A stretch of 64,000 bases of DNA from Marsupella aquatica (taxonomy: Eukaryota > Plantae > Marchantiophyta). Position 1 is the stretch's first letter; each line of letters starts with the position of its first letter. The DNA lies in contig OZ316892.1 of assembly GCA_973895155.1 (NCBI GenBank), positions 30,729,328 through 30,793,327 of the forward strand, read 5' to 3'. Position numbers and translations under genes: made by a program. The notes under the pieces are model-generated. The model was not told where the DNA came from. It did not search any database and saw only the letters and a program-made list of their open reading frames with translations. Below, piece after piece: positions 25,847 through 37,534 of the stretch.

Positions 25847-28704
25847 GACTGGAGACCTTTAACTATGTTGAACACCATATACAAGCTGATTGCTAAAATA
25901 TTGGCACTCCGATTGATTAGGATTCTGCCACAACTTATCAGCCTGCAGCAGACTGGCTTTATCCCTGGGAGAAATATTTTGGAAAACATTTCGCTGGTCT
26001 GGTTAACCTTTGACTGGCTGAAAAATAGGAAGCATGAGGCCTTATTTCTAAAGCTAGATTTTGAGAAGGCGTTTGATAGAGTAGAGCACGACTACATATG
26101 GGAGACAATGCATTTGTTAGGCATAAGTGGCAATTTTATTAAATTGGTACAGGCACCTTTGACGAATGCAACGTCAAGGATATATCTAAATGGGATGTTA
26201 TCCACTGAGATAGGACTTAAAAGGGGAGTTAGACAGGGCTGTCCCCTATCATCGCTCCTGTTTGTAATCTCCACGCAGCCGCTAATGGACTTCATGGATG
26301 CAGAACTAGCTATGGATAGACTTGCAGGGATACAGGTTTCAGAGGCACTTACAATTTGTTACCGTTTTTTTGCGGATGATTTGGGGGTGTGTATGCCTGC
26401 CACGGAGAGGAACTTTCAATAGGTTACTGCAGTAATTGAATGCTATGAAGCTGCCACGGGGGCCCAACTCAACTTGAGGAAATTGATAATAATTCCGGTA
26501 GTGTTGGGGGACATACCGAGATGGCTCAGAGACACGGGATGTGTGATCAGTGGAAGGGGGAGTTACAAAATTACCTTGGGGCTCCTTTAGGTGTTGACTT
26601 GAAGACGGAGCAGCTGCACAACTTTGTCCTGGGAAAAATTGGACAGAGACTATCCTCATGGGCGAACAAGCTTCTGACATTCACAGGACGATCGTTGTTG
26701 GTGAGACACATTCTACAGGCTATCCCGATTTATGATTCTATGTTTCTTAAAGCATCCTATGGGTTGGCAAGGAAAATGACAGCGCTGTGTAGAGACTTCT
26801 TATGGGGATATAATGCGGAGAGGGGCGGGCAGGTGCCATTGGTATCTTGGGCCAGGATGTCCCAGCCACAGGCAGAGGGGGGTTGGGAATTAAGGACTTT
26901 AGGAGTCACTTGGATGCGCTGCTGGCAAAATGGTTTACTGGAGTGCTTGATTCCCGGCTTGATTCCCTTGAGTCAGAATGGGCCAGTATGTTTGCGGAAA
27001 ACTTAAATCTGATAGGATGGACAAATTACAAAGTGGTACGAAGGAACAATTACTCTTTTCGGGACAAGATGTTGCTCTGCAGTCTGGGGGCGCTCCATGG
27101 ATTGGCTTACATGGGAGGACTCTGGAAGGCATGGGATTTACTGCGGTCGAATCTGATATTTTGTCCAACGAAAAGGATACCGGGTATGTACTCCGGTGCC
27201 TGAAGGGCTTTCAATCTTGGAGCAATGTGGATATGGCTGCCACCACAGTGCTCTGCGGGAGATTGGGTATAAGATGTATATAGGACCTCTGGTCGGAGGA
27301 TAGACAGGAGTGGCAAAGGATGGAAGGAAGATGGGAGCATTTGAGGGGACTCACACCTGAGCACCGGACTCTTGGCAGGAGTTTCATGGAGGCCTTGTAT
27401 GAAATTGCACAATGTGAGTGGAGATCTGAACCAGGATCCGATTGCTGGTGCTGGGCTGATAATGTTGCCCCTTTGAAGTGCTTCAAGCTCCCCAATCGTA
27501 GGGCTTACCACCTACTTCGACCTGTGCTGGGGGATGCGCCCAGTCTGAACAGGACGTGGGGTACAGGCAAGACTGAGATGGAATGGAATTGGGCAGGTAT
27601 GTGGGGGGCAAGCATGTCACTGCGGGCAAAGACCTTTTTGTGGAGAGTAATTATAGCTTTGGGGCTGTTCACTGGGGAGGGCGGTTAAGATTGGTAAAGG
27701 AAGTGGGGATTGCAAGCTATGCCCGGGAATACTTGAGTCCATTCCGCACCTATTTTTGGATTGCCCACATGCACAGAAATGTTGGGCTCTCTGTGCACAA
27801 GGCTTTAGGGGAATCTTTGCTGGAGACGCTGGGGGACTGATAGGGCTGCTGGATTCTGCTATTGGAAGGCACCATAGTAAGACTTTCATGATGGTAGTGC
27901 TTTTTCAGATGTTGTGGGCATTGTGGCTGGGGTGTAATGAGCACATGTTCCAGGTAGATGGGTGCCGGAAGGAGGTGTTTACAAAAGACAGCAAACAGGA
28001 AACAGGATTTAATAACAGAAACTGGTAACAGGAAAAAAAACTGGTAACAGGAAAATGGGTGGAAACTTTTTTTGAAATTTTTTTTTGAGAAAAAAAAAGT
28101 TTTTATCTCGGTTGACCAGTTTTTTTTGCTAGCGCCCAAAGCTAGCCAAAAATGTTGCATTGTTATTTTTTTTGAAAATAACATGTTTTAGGAGATATTT
28201 TTAAATTCTCATTTTTCTTGGTAACAGTGATTTTTTCCTGGTAACAGCATATTAAAAACAGGAAAAAAAATTCCTGTTTACCTGTTTCCTGTCTCCGTCA
28301 CTATACCCGCCGGAAGTTAGATTTCAGATTCATCCTGTCAGAGGCAGCGGATCATATCTCTGTTGTTTTGATTACATTGTCAGTGTGTAACCGGAAAACT
28401 CTATTACTGAGGGCTAAGGCAATGATTAATATGGAAAGGATTGCATGGCTGAAGCGTAGGGGTGTATGGATCACTTCAGGATAGGCCAATAGGATTGGGG
28501 GGAATTTTGGTACAGGTTGACAGCAGCTGCTGCATGCCTGGCTGTTTGGGGGGACTGCTGGCAATTGAGGCGCCTACGACCCACCTTGTGGTCATCTGGT
28601 TTGGGCTACACATTAGCCTCTTTGGTTACTGGGTGTTTGGAATTGTCTATTGGTTATGATTGTCTCCTCTGCCATGGGGTTTTCGTGGCCACTATTTAAA
28701 AAAA
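25847..28704 (+). mobile_element. 5'-truncated L1-clade LINE (ORF2 RT and zf-RVT pseudogene)
   Basis: WRPLTMLNTIYKL, LKLDFEKAFDRV, RGVRQGCPLS, FADD, YLGAPL, GGLGIKDF, C-terminal HLFLDCPHA; frameshifts; short A tail 28698-28704. Confidence 0.9.
27972..28308. mobile_element. MITE (MULE/hAT-like) inserted in the LINE
   Basis: 8-bp TSD GCCGGAAG (27964-71, 28309-16); imperfect TIRs containing agacagSaaacagg(t)aaacagg; AT-rich interior. Confidence 0.8.
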
Positions 28705-28789
28705 TGCCCGTGACCAAAGGGGGTCACAAAAGCTGAACTACTCTTTATAAATTTGTGACTGATTAGTTATTGTCACCAATACATGAATG

Positions 28790-28846
28790 TTTCATTAGTA
28801 TAGTGATCACTCTCGCGAGGGGGAGGTCTCAGGTTCAAAACTCGGG
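28790..28846 (+). other. tRNA-like/SINE-head remnant
   Basis: Box A-like TAGTATAGTG and box B-like GGTTCAAAAC; no complete cloverleaf. Confidence 0.25.
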
Positions 28847-29171
28847 TCCTGAAATGCTTTGACCCAAATTTGACTTGCAATAGTACAAAAACATGATAAG
28901 TTGGGGTTGCATTTAAATTTGAGAAAATTTAATAAATACAAGGAAATTATAATTCATTATAATATGATACCTCAAAATAATATAAGTTTGAAATAGAATT
29001 CATACATGTAATTTTTATTTGATAAGAGAAATAAATGTATCAAAACCTAAATGTATCTAAAAGACTAACCTAAATTAACCCTAAATCGTCCACCACCTAA
29101 TCTGAAATAAATCATAAAGAATTTAATCTTTTTCTCCTCTCATCGTCAACCTTTCATTGATGTATATACAA

Positions 29172-29309
29172 ACCAGCATCTAAAGGATGAACACGCTCGT
29201 CGGCAAAATATTTCTCAAGCAACAAGCATTGTATGCATTGACCAGCATCTAAAGGATGAACACGCTCGTAGGCAAAATATTTCTCAAGCAACAAGCATTG
29301 TATGCATCG
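29172..29309. repeat. 69-bp tandem duplication
   Basis: accagcatctaaaggatgaacacgctcgt.ggcaaaatatttctcaagcaacaagcattgtatgcat.g occurs twice. Confidence 0.9.
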
Positions 29310-29396
29310 AGAACACTCCATCGATGACAACACAAAGCCAAAGTATATCTCCAACAAAAAAGAGTTGCATCCAAATGTACTAGATTAAGTGACTAT

Positions 29397-29740
29397 TGTT
29401 GAGCATAGACGACATTCGTAACGGCAAGCCCATGAACCATCCAACGCACAAGAGTCGACACAGAGAGATACGTGGTTCACCTCCACATGAGGCTACGTCC
29501 ATGGGAACATACAAGAGCTTTACTGCACTCTAGGCCGACCGGCCATACCAAGCATCCACAGCACAAGCTCTTCCTATCTCTCAACTAGCTCCATAACAAT
29601 GAGCCTTTGTTCCACCAGGGTCTGGCATCAGCCCTGGCTATATGCACAACAGCACTACCGCTAACCTTAGCTAGGTCCTAACCCGAGTTAGCCTAACTGT
29701 GGTTAGCACAAGAGTCACAAGACTAGAGCAATATCTAACA
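29397..29740 (-). repeat. Copia 3' LTR (PPT AGGGGGAGTT at 29741-29750)
   Basis: TGTT...AACA; matches 49506-49849 except 29502/49611. Confidence 0.97.
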
Positions 29741-29935
29741 AACTCCCCCTTGACTCTTGTCTTGGGGACTGGACTAAATGCTACCATATGGAATCCTCAG
29801 CGGGAAGTTCTAGACAATCACCAAACCAGGTCTCCCCCTAAAAACCACAAGGGTTAACTAGAACTAAGCCGTAGCCTAACAGGAATGAGTAATCCATATA
29901 TAAATAGTCACCATTGCTAAATAACTCTACTTGCA

Positions 29936-32900
29936 CTACAACTGCAAAACCTGCAAAGTAGCACGGTGTCTTGAGAAACTCTCCAAAGGAATCACTTTGG
30001 TAAAGGCATCAGCGGGATTGAGCTTTCCATCAATCTTGACTAGCTCAAAAGTTTTATCAGACACTGCTTGCCTGATAAAATGGTACCTGATATCAATGTG
30101 CTTCACCCTGCTATCCATCACCTGGTTAGCAGCCAAGTGAAGAGCACTCTGACCATCACAGTTTAGAGTCATTTTTCCATGCTCTAAACCCATCTCCGCG
30201 ATCAACTTATCCAACCAAATTGCTTCCTTTGCTGCTTCTGCTGCTGCAACATACTCTGCTTCTGTAGTAGACTGAGATATGCACTTTTGCAAGGTAGATT
30301 TCCAACTGATACATCCTCCTCCAAGAGTGTAAACAAACCCAGTTGTAGACCTCCTTGTATCCAGACAGCCTCCATAGTCAGAATCTACATAGCCAACCAA
30401 CGTTCTATCTGATCTGTTATCAAATAGTAATCCATAGTCCTGTGTTCCCTTCACATACCTGAGAATCCATTTCACAGCTTCCCAGTGTACCTTCCCTGGA
30501 TTTGACATGAATCTGCTAACCTTGCCCATCGCTAGGGCCAAGTCAGGCCTAGTACAAGTCATCAAATACATCAGACTGCCTACTGCCTTCTCATAAGGAA
30601 TCTTAGCCATCAGACCTTTCTCCACAGCATCCGTAGGAGAGAAAGCCGATGATAACTTGAAATGTGAAGCTAAAGGAATACTCACTGGCTTACAGTTCTC
30701 CATGTTGAATCGTGCAAGTACTTTCCTCGCATACTGGCCTTGACTCAAGCACAACTGTCCAGTATCAGAGTTTCTAAAAATCTCCATCCCTAAGATCCTC
30801 TTGGCCTTACCAAGATCCTTCATCCTGAATTCAGCACTCAATTTTGCCTTAAGACTGTCAACCTCAGATTGATCTTTAGCCACAATCAGCATGTCATCCA
30901 CATAGATCACCAGAATGATGAAACCGAATACATCATTCTTGACTGATTTCGTATACACACAAGGATCATACACCATCCTTGTAAAACCTTGAGCAAGGAT
31001 GAAATCATCAAACCGCTTGTTCCATTGTCTGGGAGACTACTTCAATCCATACAAGGACTTGAGCAATCTGCAAACTAAGTTCTCTTGGCCATTCTTCATA
31101 AAGCCTAGTGGTTGTCTCATGAAGATCATCTCTTCCAAGTTGCCATAGAGAAAAGCAGTAACAACATCCATCTGATCCATCACCAGACCAAAAAACACAA
31201 CAAGCTGACACAAGATCCGAATTGTGGAATACTTAGCCACCGGTGAAAAGACCTCATTGTAGTCCACTCCTTTCTCCTGAGTGAACCCCTTGGCAACAAG
31301 CCTTGCCTTGTAGATCTTATCTCCACCCTCTGAAGGACTATCCTTCAACTTGTAAATCCACTTACTGTCCACCACTTGCTGACCTCTTGGAAGCTCCACC
31401 AGCTCCCATGTCATGTTGTCACTCAAAGATTGCAACTCCCTCTGCATTGCTGCATTCCACTCATGCTTCTGCTCTGAAGCACAAGCCTCACTGTACGAAG
31501 AAGGCTCTCCTTCTTCCAAGATCAAAGCCATGTCATCTTCATCAGGTGCAATGTCAATATCATCTAGCTTAGATGAGTCTGCCCATTGACCATACCTGGT
31601 AGGAGCTCTAGTAGAACGACTGGAAGTTCTTCTAGTAGATGACTCAGGCTGATCTGTTGCTGCTGGATGAATTTGAGGTACCCCAGCAACAATCTGCTCC
31701 TCTTGTTCCATCACAGGAACCAGCTCCAAGCCCGGAGCTTCTCCATCTCTCTTGTCATGAACAACATCATGACTAATCTCCCCCTCAACCCGGTCCGGGA
31801 TGGGAGATTTCCCTTTGTTAGTATGGGAGTCCTGAGAACTCTCCCCCTCCTTTGATGATCTGGATTCATTAAAGGACACATCTCTACTGACAATTAATTT
31901 ATAGGTTACTGGATCCCATAACCTATAACCCTTAACACCTTTCTGATAGCCAAGGAAAATGCACTTCTTCGACTTGGACTCTAGCTTGGATCGAAGCTGG
32001 GAAGGTGTAAGCACATAAGCATCACATCCAAAAATCCTCAGATGTGAGTAATCTGCTGGACGCCTGTACCTCATTTCAAATGGCGTCTTGAATCCAATAG
32101 AACTGGATGGAGAAAAATTTACCAAATAAGCTGCAGTGTTGACAGCTTCAGCCCAAAACTCATGTGGTAAGCATGATTGACTCAACATACTCCTCGAGCG
32201 GTCCAATAGTGTTCGGTTGAGTCTCTCAGAAACACCATTCTGCTGAGGAGTATAACTTGTTGTGAGATGGCGGGTGATCCCCTGCTCCTTACAATACGTT
32301 CCAAATTCACCGGAACTGTATTCACCGCCGTTATCCGATCGAAGATATCTCACCTTATTACCAGTCTGATTCTCAACTTGGGCTTTCCACTCCTTAAAAG
32401 TGGCAAAAACATCAGACTTATTGTGTAGAAAGTATATCCACACATACCTTGAGTAATCGTCTATGAACGTGACATAGTATAACCGTCCAGAATGTGAGGG
32501 AGTAGGGGCTGGACCTCACACATCACTATGTACATACTCAAGTACCTCCTTGCTGGTGTGAGTTCCAACTCCGAAGGGTTTCCTGTGCTGCTTCCCTAGC
32601 ACACAGTGCTCACAAAATTCCAACTTACAAGATTGCAAATTAGAAAGTAATCCTTTCTTCTGAAGAATAACCAAACCTTTTTCACTCATGTGGCCCAAAC
32701 GGAAGTGCCACAGCCGGGCCGTCTCCTCGTGAGATAAGGTTACATTGGCTTCATCACAAACTACACTGCCCTCCAAAACGTATAGATTGCAATATCTCTT
32801 TCCCTTCAATACAACTTTAGTACTAGTTGAAACCTGAAGGACACCATTAGCAGAGCTCCACTGATGGCCATTTGCTTCTAAAACTCCAAGTGAAATGAGA

Positions 32901-32950
32901 TTTTTCATCATGCTGGGAATATGTCTCACATTCCTCAACGTTCTCACAAC
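29936..32950 (-). pseudogene. pol: Copia pol (INT-RT-RNase H) with in-frame stops
   Basis: LWHFRLGHMS, LRSDNGGEY, QNGVSERLNRT, YKARLVAKGF, QMDVVTAFL, YVDDML, YVDSDYGG, KHIDIRYHFIR; stops at 32516 and 31037. Confidence 0.95.
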
Positions 32951-32955
32951 ACCAT

Positions 32956-34673
32956 TGTCGTATAGCCAAAAGAACAAAAAGGAACACTTTTTACATAAAG
33001 ACTCGGAATACGATCCCTTTAAGAACAGATTTGGAAAGAATTGAATGAATTTATCTCTCTGAGTAATCTAAAGCTCTCAGCACATAGATTTCTTGTTTCT
33101 CACTAAAAGATCAAATAAACAAAACACCAAAGTAAATAAACTTCTGTCTTATGAGTCAAGAGAGAGTCAATTATGGTCTGAAAACTCTGATTAGCTATTG
33201 CCACTCCTTCAAAAAGGACTATGGTCTTAGAATAGACATAAAACAAGTCTCATAACTCACTAATTTCTCTCCTGACTAAATAAAATTGCATGATAAGGAA
33301 TTTCCAATTTGCTAAACAAGTATTGCTCTGGTTACAAATGTAATGATATGACTTAAGATGCCGGCAACATGGTTTGACATCAGCGATACGCAATTCCGTC
33401 AAACACTAAATCATATTCCATAAACAAAGTAACGGTACTGAATACTCTGAGAACCAAACTTTACTTCTCACATATCAAACAACAACTCTTGAATTAGCTA
33501 GCGAATCTTGACCCTTCAAGCAAGCCTAGCAGTGAATTCAATGTAAGTCACAGAAGTTTGTAACTGAATTCAAGTATCAAGAAATTTCTTGAATTCATAA
33601 ATTCAAACATAAGTTTTACTTCCATACAAGACTTTTCTTGTTAAAATGGAAGGAGGGAAACTAACAGAAGTCTGATTGGAATTGTCCCCCCCTTCTTCCG
33701 AATGGAAAAACCATGAGGTTTTATAAGTAAAGGTTCCCTTAACTGAAAAGGCATGACTTTTCAAACCTCAAATATCTAAAAGACAATCCTAAAAGAAATA
33801 AAGAAATGCATTGGAGACTTAGTGGACGCTTTGTAGAGCGTCGGTGCTTTCCGGTAAAACTAATAAACAATGGTGTTAATCTAATTTTAACTTCTAAACT
33901 AAAAGTCGGAATGAGCTGAGACTTTTCTAGAGTACTCTACTACATATAATCTCTATGCTGGTAAAGTTTCAGACTTTTCTGAGGTCTCTAAGTGCCTCAA
34001 ATAAATCGGTGAAAGTGGCACGGTGTTATAAAAGTACGGAAATCAGAAATATTTCTAAGTGTCGGGAAGATAGTGGACGCTTCAGAAAGCGTCCAAAACT
34101 ACAAAGGACTTTTATGGACGCTTCAGAAAGCGTCGGCTGAATTTTGAGGTTTGGTCGCGGCGTCCGTCTTCCGGCCTTCAGGTGGGACGCTTCAGAAAGC
34201 GGCGAAGTCTGTCTTGGCGGACGCTTCAGAAAGCGTCGATTCTGCTTTGTCTTCGAACACGGTCGGACGCTTCACAAGGCGTCACTTCTCATGTGGACGC
34301 TTCAGAAAGCGTCTCATCGGACTTTGGGGTTAGCGGACGCTTCAGAAAGCGTCTTAAAGCGTCCGGTGTCTGGTTCGAATAGACGTTTCACGAAGCGTCT
34401 TCTATTCCGTGGTATCGGTGAAGGACGGCTCAAAAAGCGTCGTGGTTAAGGGGGTCGCATCTGGTTGGCAGCAACCGTGGACGCCTCAGCTGTCTTGAGG
34501 TTTATTGGCTTTGTAACTGGGGACGCTTCAGAAAGCGTCCTTAGTTAGACTAAGTGAGTTAACCGCCAAATGGAAAGTAGACGCTTCAGAAAGCGTCGTT
34601 TTTGCTCAAAAAGTTTGAAACGATTCAGATTTTTCTCTTATGGTCGTGTTTCAGCAAAAGTCTCCTTTCCACA
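32956..34673 (-). repeat. Gypsy D 3' LTR
   Basis: TGTCG...CCACA; three substitutions seen versus 44925-46642. Confidence 0.97.
33824..34600. promoter_or_regulatory. Array of ~12 palindromes GACGCTT-N4-AAGCGTC in the LTR (repeated at ~45793-46570)
   Basis: Copies near 33824, 34074, 34115, 34184, 34219, 34265, 34295, 34335, 34381, 34423, 34521, 34579. Confidence 0.9.
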
Positions 34674-34690
34674 TAGCCCTCCACTCAAAA
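34674..34690 (-). promoter_or_regulatory. Polypurine tract of gypsy D
   Basis: Minus strand TTTTGAGTGGAGGGCTA immediately before the 3' LTR. Confidence 0.85.
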
Positions 34691-34774
34691 TTTGCTGTGT
34701 CCGCACAAGAAGTGAAATAATATATTTGATCAGGCACTTCTGAAGTGGCTCTTTAATGATGTGGAGTTGTAAAA

Positions 34775-35218
34775 TTACATTGGAGGCCAAGGGTCGAGTA
34801 GAGGCAATCGAGCAAGTCCTCTGATAGCGTGGGAGCCTTGAGTGCGAGAAGAGGAATGTAGTTGGAGTCTCTGTAGCTGTTCTCTGAGTTTAAGCAGATC
34901 CTTCTCATACTTATACTGAATTGCATATCCGTCATGAGCAACCCAGACATAGTAACGATAAGGCCATGGATGTTCTGGAGGTATAGGAGGAAAAGGACAA
35001 AGGGTTCTTCGAAGGGTATACACCCAACACCATATTTCATACTCAGAGAATTTATGTCTCCTGTCCTTATCTATAGGTGGAACAACTTTAGGAAATTTAT
35101 ACGTAGGAATCAAAGTACGAATGCTGGAGGACATAATCCTGGCAAAACCTGTTGTTGCTGTCTGATACTCTCTACTTCCAAATGCCTGAAAGCCATATGG
35201 TAGTCTTTCTTGGTCCAA
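34775..35218 (-). CDS. Hypothetical 147-aa ORF overlapping the accessory ORF end (possibly its frameshifted C-terminus)
   Basis: Open frame with protein-like aromatic-rich composition; no recognised domain. Confidence 0.35.
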   Translation of the reverse strand: MDQERLPYGFQAFGSREYQTATTGFARIMSSSIRTLIPTYKFPKVVPPIDKDRRHKFSEYEIWCWVYTLRRTLCPFPPIPPEHPWPYRYYVWVAHDGYAIQYKYEKDLLKLREQLQRLQLHSSSRTQGSHAIRGLARLPLLDPWPPM

Positions 35219-37200
35219 GAATTAATAGAAGTAAGATTGGGGATAGGAATAGGAGGTGGTAACTCAACCGATCTCCCTAATTTTGGTGGAATTCGAATAA
35301 TTCGAGGATCTGCCTCATCCTCACTGCCATCACTTGGCGCACCTATCCATCGAAAAATAACCCCTGGAGTATTGGAAGGAATCACAGATTCCTTAGCAGG
35401 AGGACAAGGTGAAGTCTCAGGAGACAAAGGTGCAATAGTAGGCTGTACTAGCTCTGGAATTGCCCTATCTCCTCGACCTGCACTGGGTGGTTCGTTTTCT
35501 AGCCGTAACTCCTCTGAGTAGGCAGCTACCTGCTCCGAATCGTTATATGGTTCCTGCTCATACTGCTCTTGTACCTCAATCTGAGCCTCCACAAAATCTG
35601 TAGCAGCATGTAATTCCACCGAATCTTGAGCTTTCCGTAACCTTTTCCATGGTCGACGCCTATAAGTAACTGGATACTCATCTCGGGCTCGAGGTGGAGA
35701 AGCTGTAAGTGGCGCGTCCAGAGAAGCATATCTCTCAAAATCGTTTGGAGCTGATATGTGCTGAGGTGATGCCCCAGGACTCTGTTCCGAACTATCATAG
35801 CCCATTGGTATTGTGGGTAACCGGGAGATTTGACTTAATCTCTCAGCTAAGTCTTCCGAAATGTCCAATGGTACCGCCACCATACTACTACCTTCCTGCT
35901 GACTTGAATCATCTCGTTCAGATCTTCGCAAAAAGGAGACATCCTCCTCATCATCAATCTCTACAATTGCATTCTCACCATCACTTCTTGAAACATCAAA
36001 ACCTGGTATTCCTAAAGGTTGAATGTCTTGGGGAAAACCAAGGACATCCTGTAAGGGTGGCTGTGGACTCCCATTGGAGTATTCATCCGATTGGTAATCC
36101 TGTAATGAAGCCAAAGCGTCCGGTCCTTCTGCAGCTAGAGATGGGGATAAACTTGGTAACTCATTCAAAACTACATTTTCTGCAAAAGAAGGTAAAACTG
36201 AACCTTCACCTGGTGATTCCGCAGCTGTCTCTGGTTCCTGAATAGCTTCTTCCGGGTTACGCAGAGGGATGGGACTCCCACATTGTGAACTGAGCTGGGC
36301 CTCGTGCATCAATTCGGCTTCAATATCATGCGAAAGTCGGTCAGCTAGCTCCTCGTCAACTGTAGGAGTGTCCTCCTCTGGAATTTGAGTGGCCTGCTCA
36401 TGTGCTTCAACCAAATTTCGGACATTTGGTAACAACTCAGCCTCTTCGCAGTCTAATAAAGTACACAATGCAATTAGAGTATCCTGAGGATTGTTGAGTG
36501 GCTCATCCGATCGACAACTCACGTCCATTCGCACCTTAGTCCTCAAATTTCGATAAATCCTTTTCTCTGTCGGTAACAGGCATCGCTTCTTGTAATAAAT
36601 ATGCGCGAAGTAGGGTGTCATTTGCACCTTCCTCAACTTCCTTGCTCTGACTCGACTTCGAAAATTCTTCACCTGCGCATGGATCACTCTATGTAGGATT
36701 TGAGTCCAATTGATGGTCTTCCTCTGTTCCACAGAAAAAATCACAGTGGCCGCAAACGACAAGGTAATACGCGTTTGACTCTCAGGATGAAAAATAGGGG
36801 AGAGGAACCGAAATAAATGCTGCAATCGCGCTTCTATGCAATCTGCCGCCACCCAGCCATTCCGCCTCTTGAATGTTCCCGGATAAAACAGAGATTCAAC
36901 GTAAGCCCTAGGTTCGCCTTCTACTTTTTGTAATCCTTCGCCTACGCTTGGAGTCAAATAAACTGATGAGATGAGCTCCTCATTCCAATTGCTTGGCCTC
37001 GCGCGTATCTCCGGTCCTTCCTCTCCGTCCCATTCGCCTCGATCGATCAAGCTGAATTCACAAATACTCCAAGGAAACTTTAGGAGATTCTTCAAGCCCA
37101 TAGTCGTCAAATCCTCTCGTAGTCGCCTTCGATCATCTATTCCTAATGGAATCACAACAACTATCGGACGCGCAGTGACTTCTAGCTCCGATTCCGCCAT
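35110..37200 (-). CDS. Intact 696-aa accessory protein of gypsy D (env position; PMD/Transposase_32-like N-domain, acidic disordered C-terminus)
   Basis: Long uninterrupted ATG ORF; homologous to ORFs at 18206 and 12069; no obvious TM segment. Confidence 0.85.
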   Translation of the reverse strand: MAESELEVTARPIVVVIPLGIDDRRRLREDLTTMGLKNLLKFPWSICEFSLIDRGEWDGEEGPEIRARPSNWNEELISSVYLTPSVGEGLQKVEGEPRAYVESLFYPGTFKRRNGWVAADCIEARLQHLFRFLSPIFHPESQTRITLSFAATVIFSVEQRKTINWTQILHRVIHAQVKNFRSRVRARKLRKVQMTPYFAHIYYKKRCLLPTEKRIYRNLRTKVRMDVSCRSDEPLNNPQDTLIALCTLLDCEEAELLPNVRNLVEAHEQATQIPEEDTPTVDEELADRLSHDIEAELMHEAQLSSQCGSPIPLRNPEEAIQEPETAAESPGEGSVLPSFAENVVLNELPSLSPSLAAEGPDALASLQDYQSDEYSNGSPQPPLQDVLGFPQDIQPLGIPGFDVSRSDGENAIVEIDDEEDVSFLRRSERDDSSQQEGSSMVAVPLDISEDLAERLSQISRLPTIPMGYDSSEQSPGASPQHISAPNDFERYASLDAPLTASPPRARDEYPVTYRRRPWKRLRKAQDSVELHAATDFVEAQIEVQEQYEQEPYNDSEQVAAYSEELRLENEPPSAGRGDRAIPELVQPTIAPLSPETSPCPPAKESVIPSNTPGVIFRWIGAPSDGSEDEADPRIIRIPPKLGRSVELPPPIPIPNLTSINSWTKKDYHMAFRHLEVESIRQQQQVLPGLCPPAFVL

Positions 37201-37534
37201 CGCTCAGTCAGCAATCTCTTCTGGCGCAGCTCCACTCTTCCCTCAATCAGGGTCGCCACCTCCTCTATATCAATCATCGGTAATGAGCGCTACTAAACTT
37301 GGTTTCAAAAACCACTCGTCGTTTCTCTTCTTCGACCCATTAGACGTCACAATCCCTTGCCGTACTTGAGATCATTCCAAAATTTCAACTTGTGCTGGAC
37401 GCTTCAGAAAGCGTCTCAAAAAAAATTTTAAAAAAAATTTTCCAAACATAATCTTTTAATCTACTATTCTAAGCCCTTCCATACTAGTATTTCTTACAGA
37501 TATAAAATATACCTATCCCAGCCCTCCACTCAAA

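Noticed and set aside
33955-34449. Small ORFs in the D LTRs and solo LTR (GRFRKR repeats)
   Set aside because: Translation artefacts of the palindrome array
33824-34600. CRISPR-like look (palindromic repeats with variable spacers)
   Set aside because: Irregular spacer lengths, located inside eukaryotic LTRs, no cas genes
35110-37200. env gene
   Set aside because: Env position, but no signal peptide or transmembrane segment evident; homologues occur in other positions
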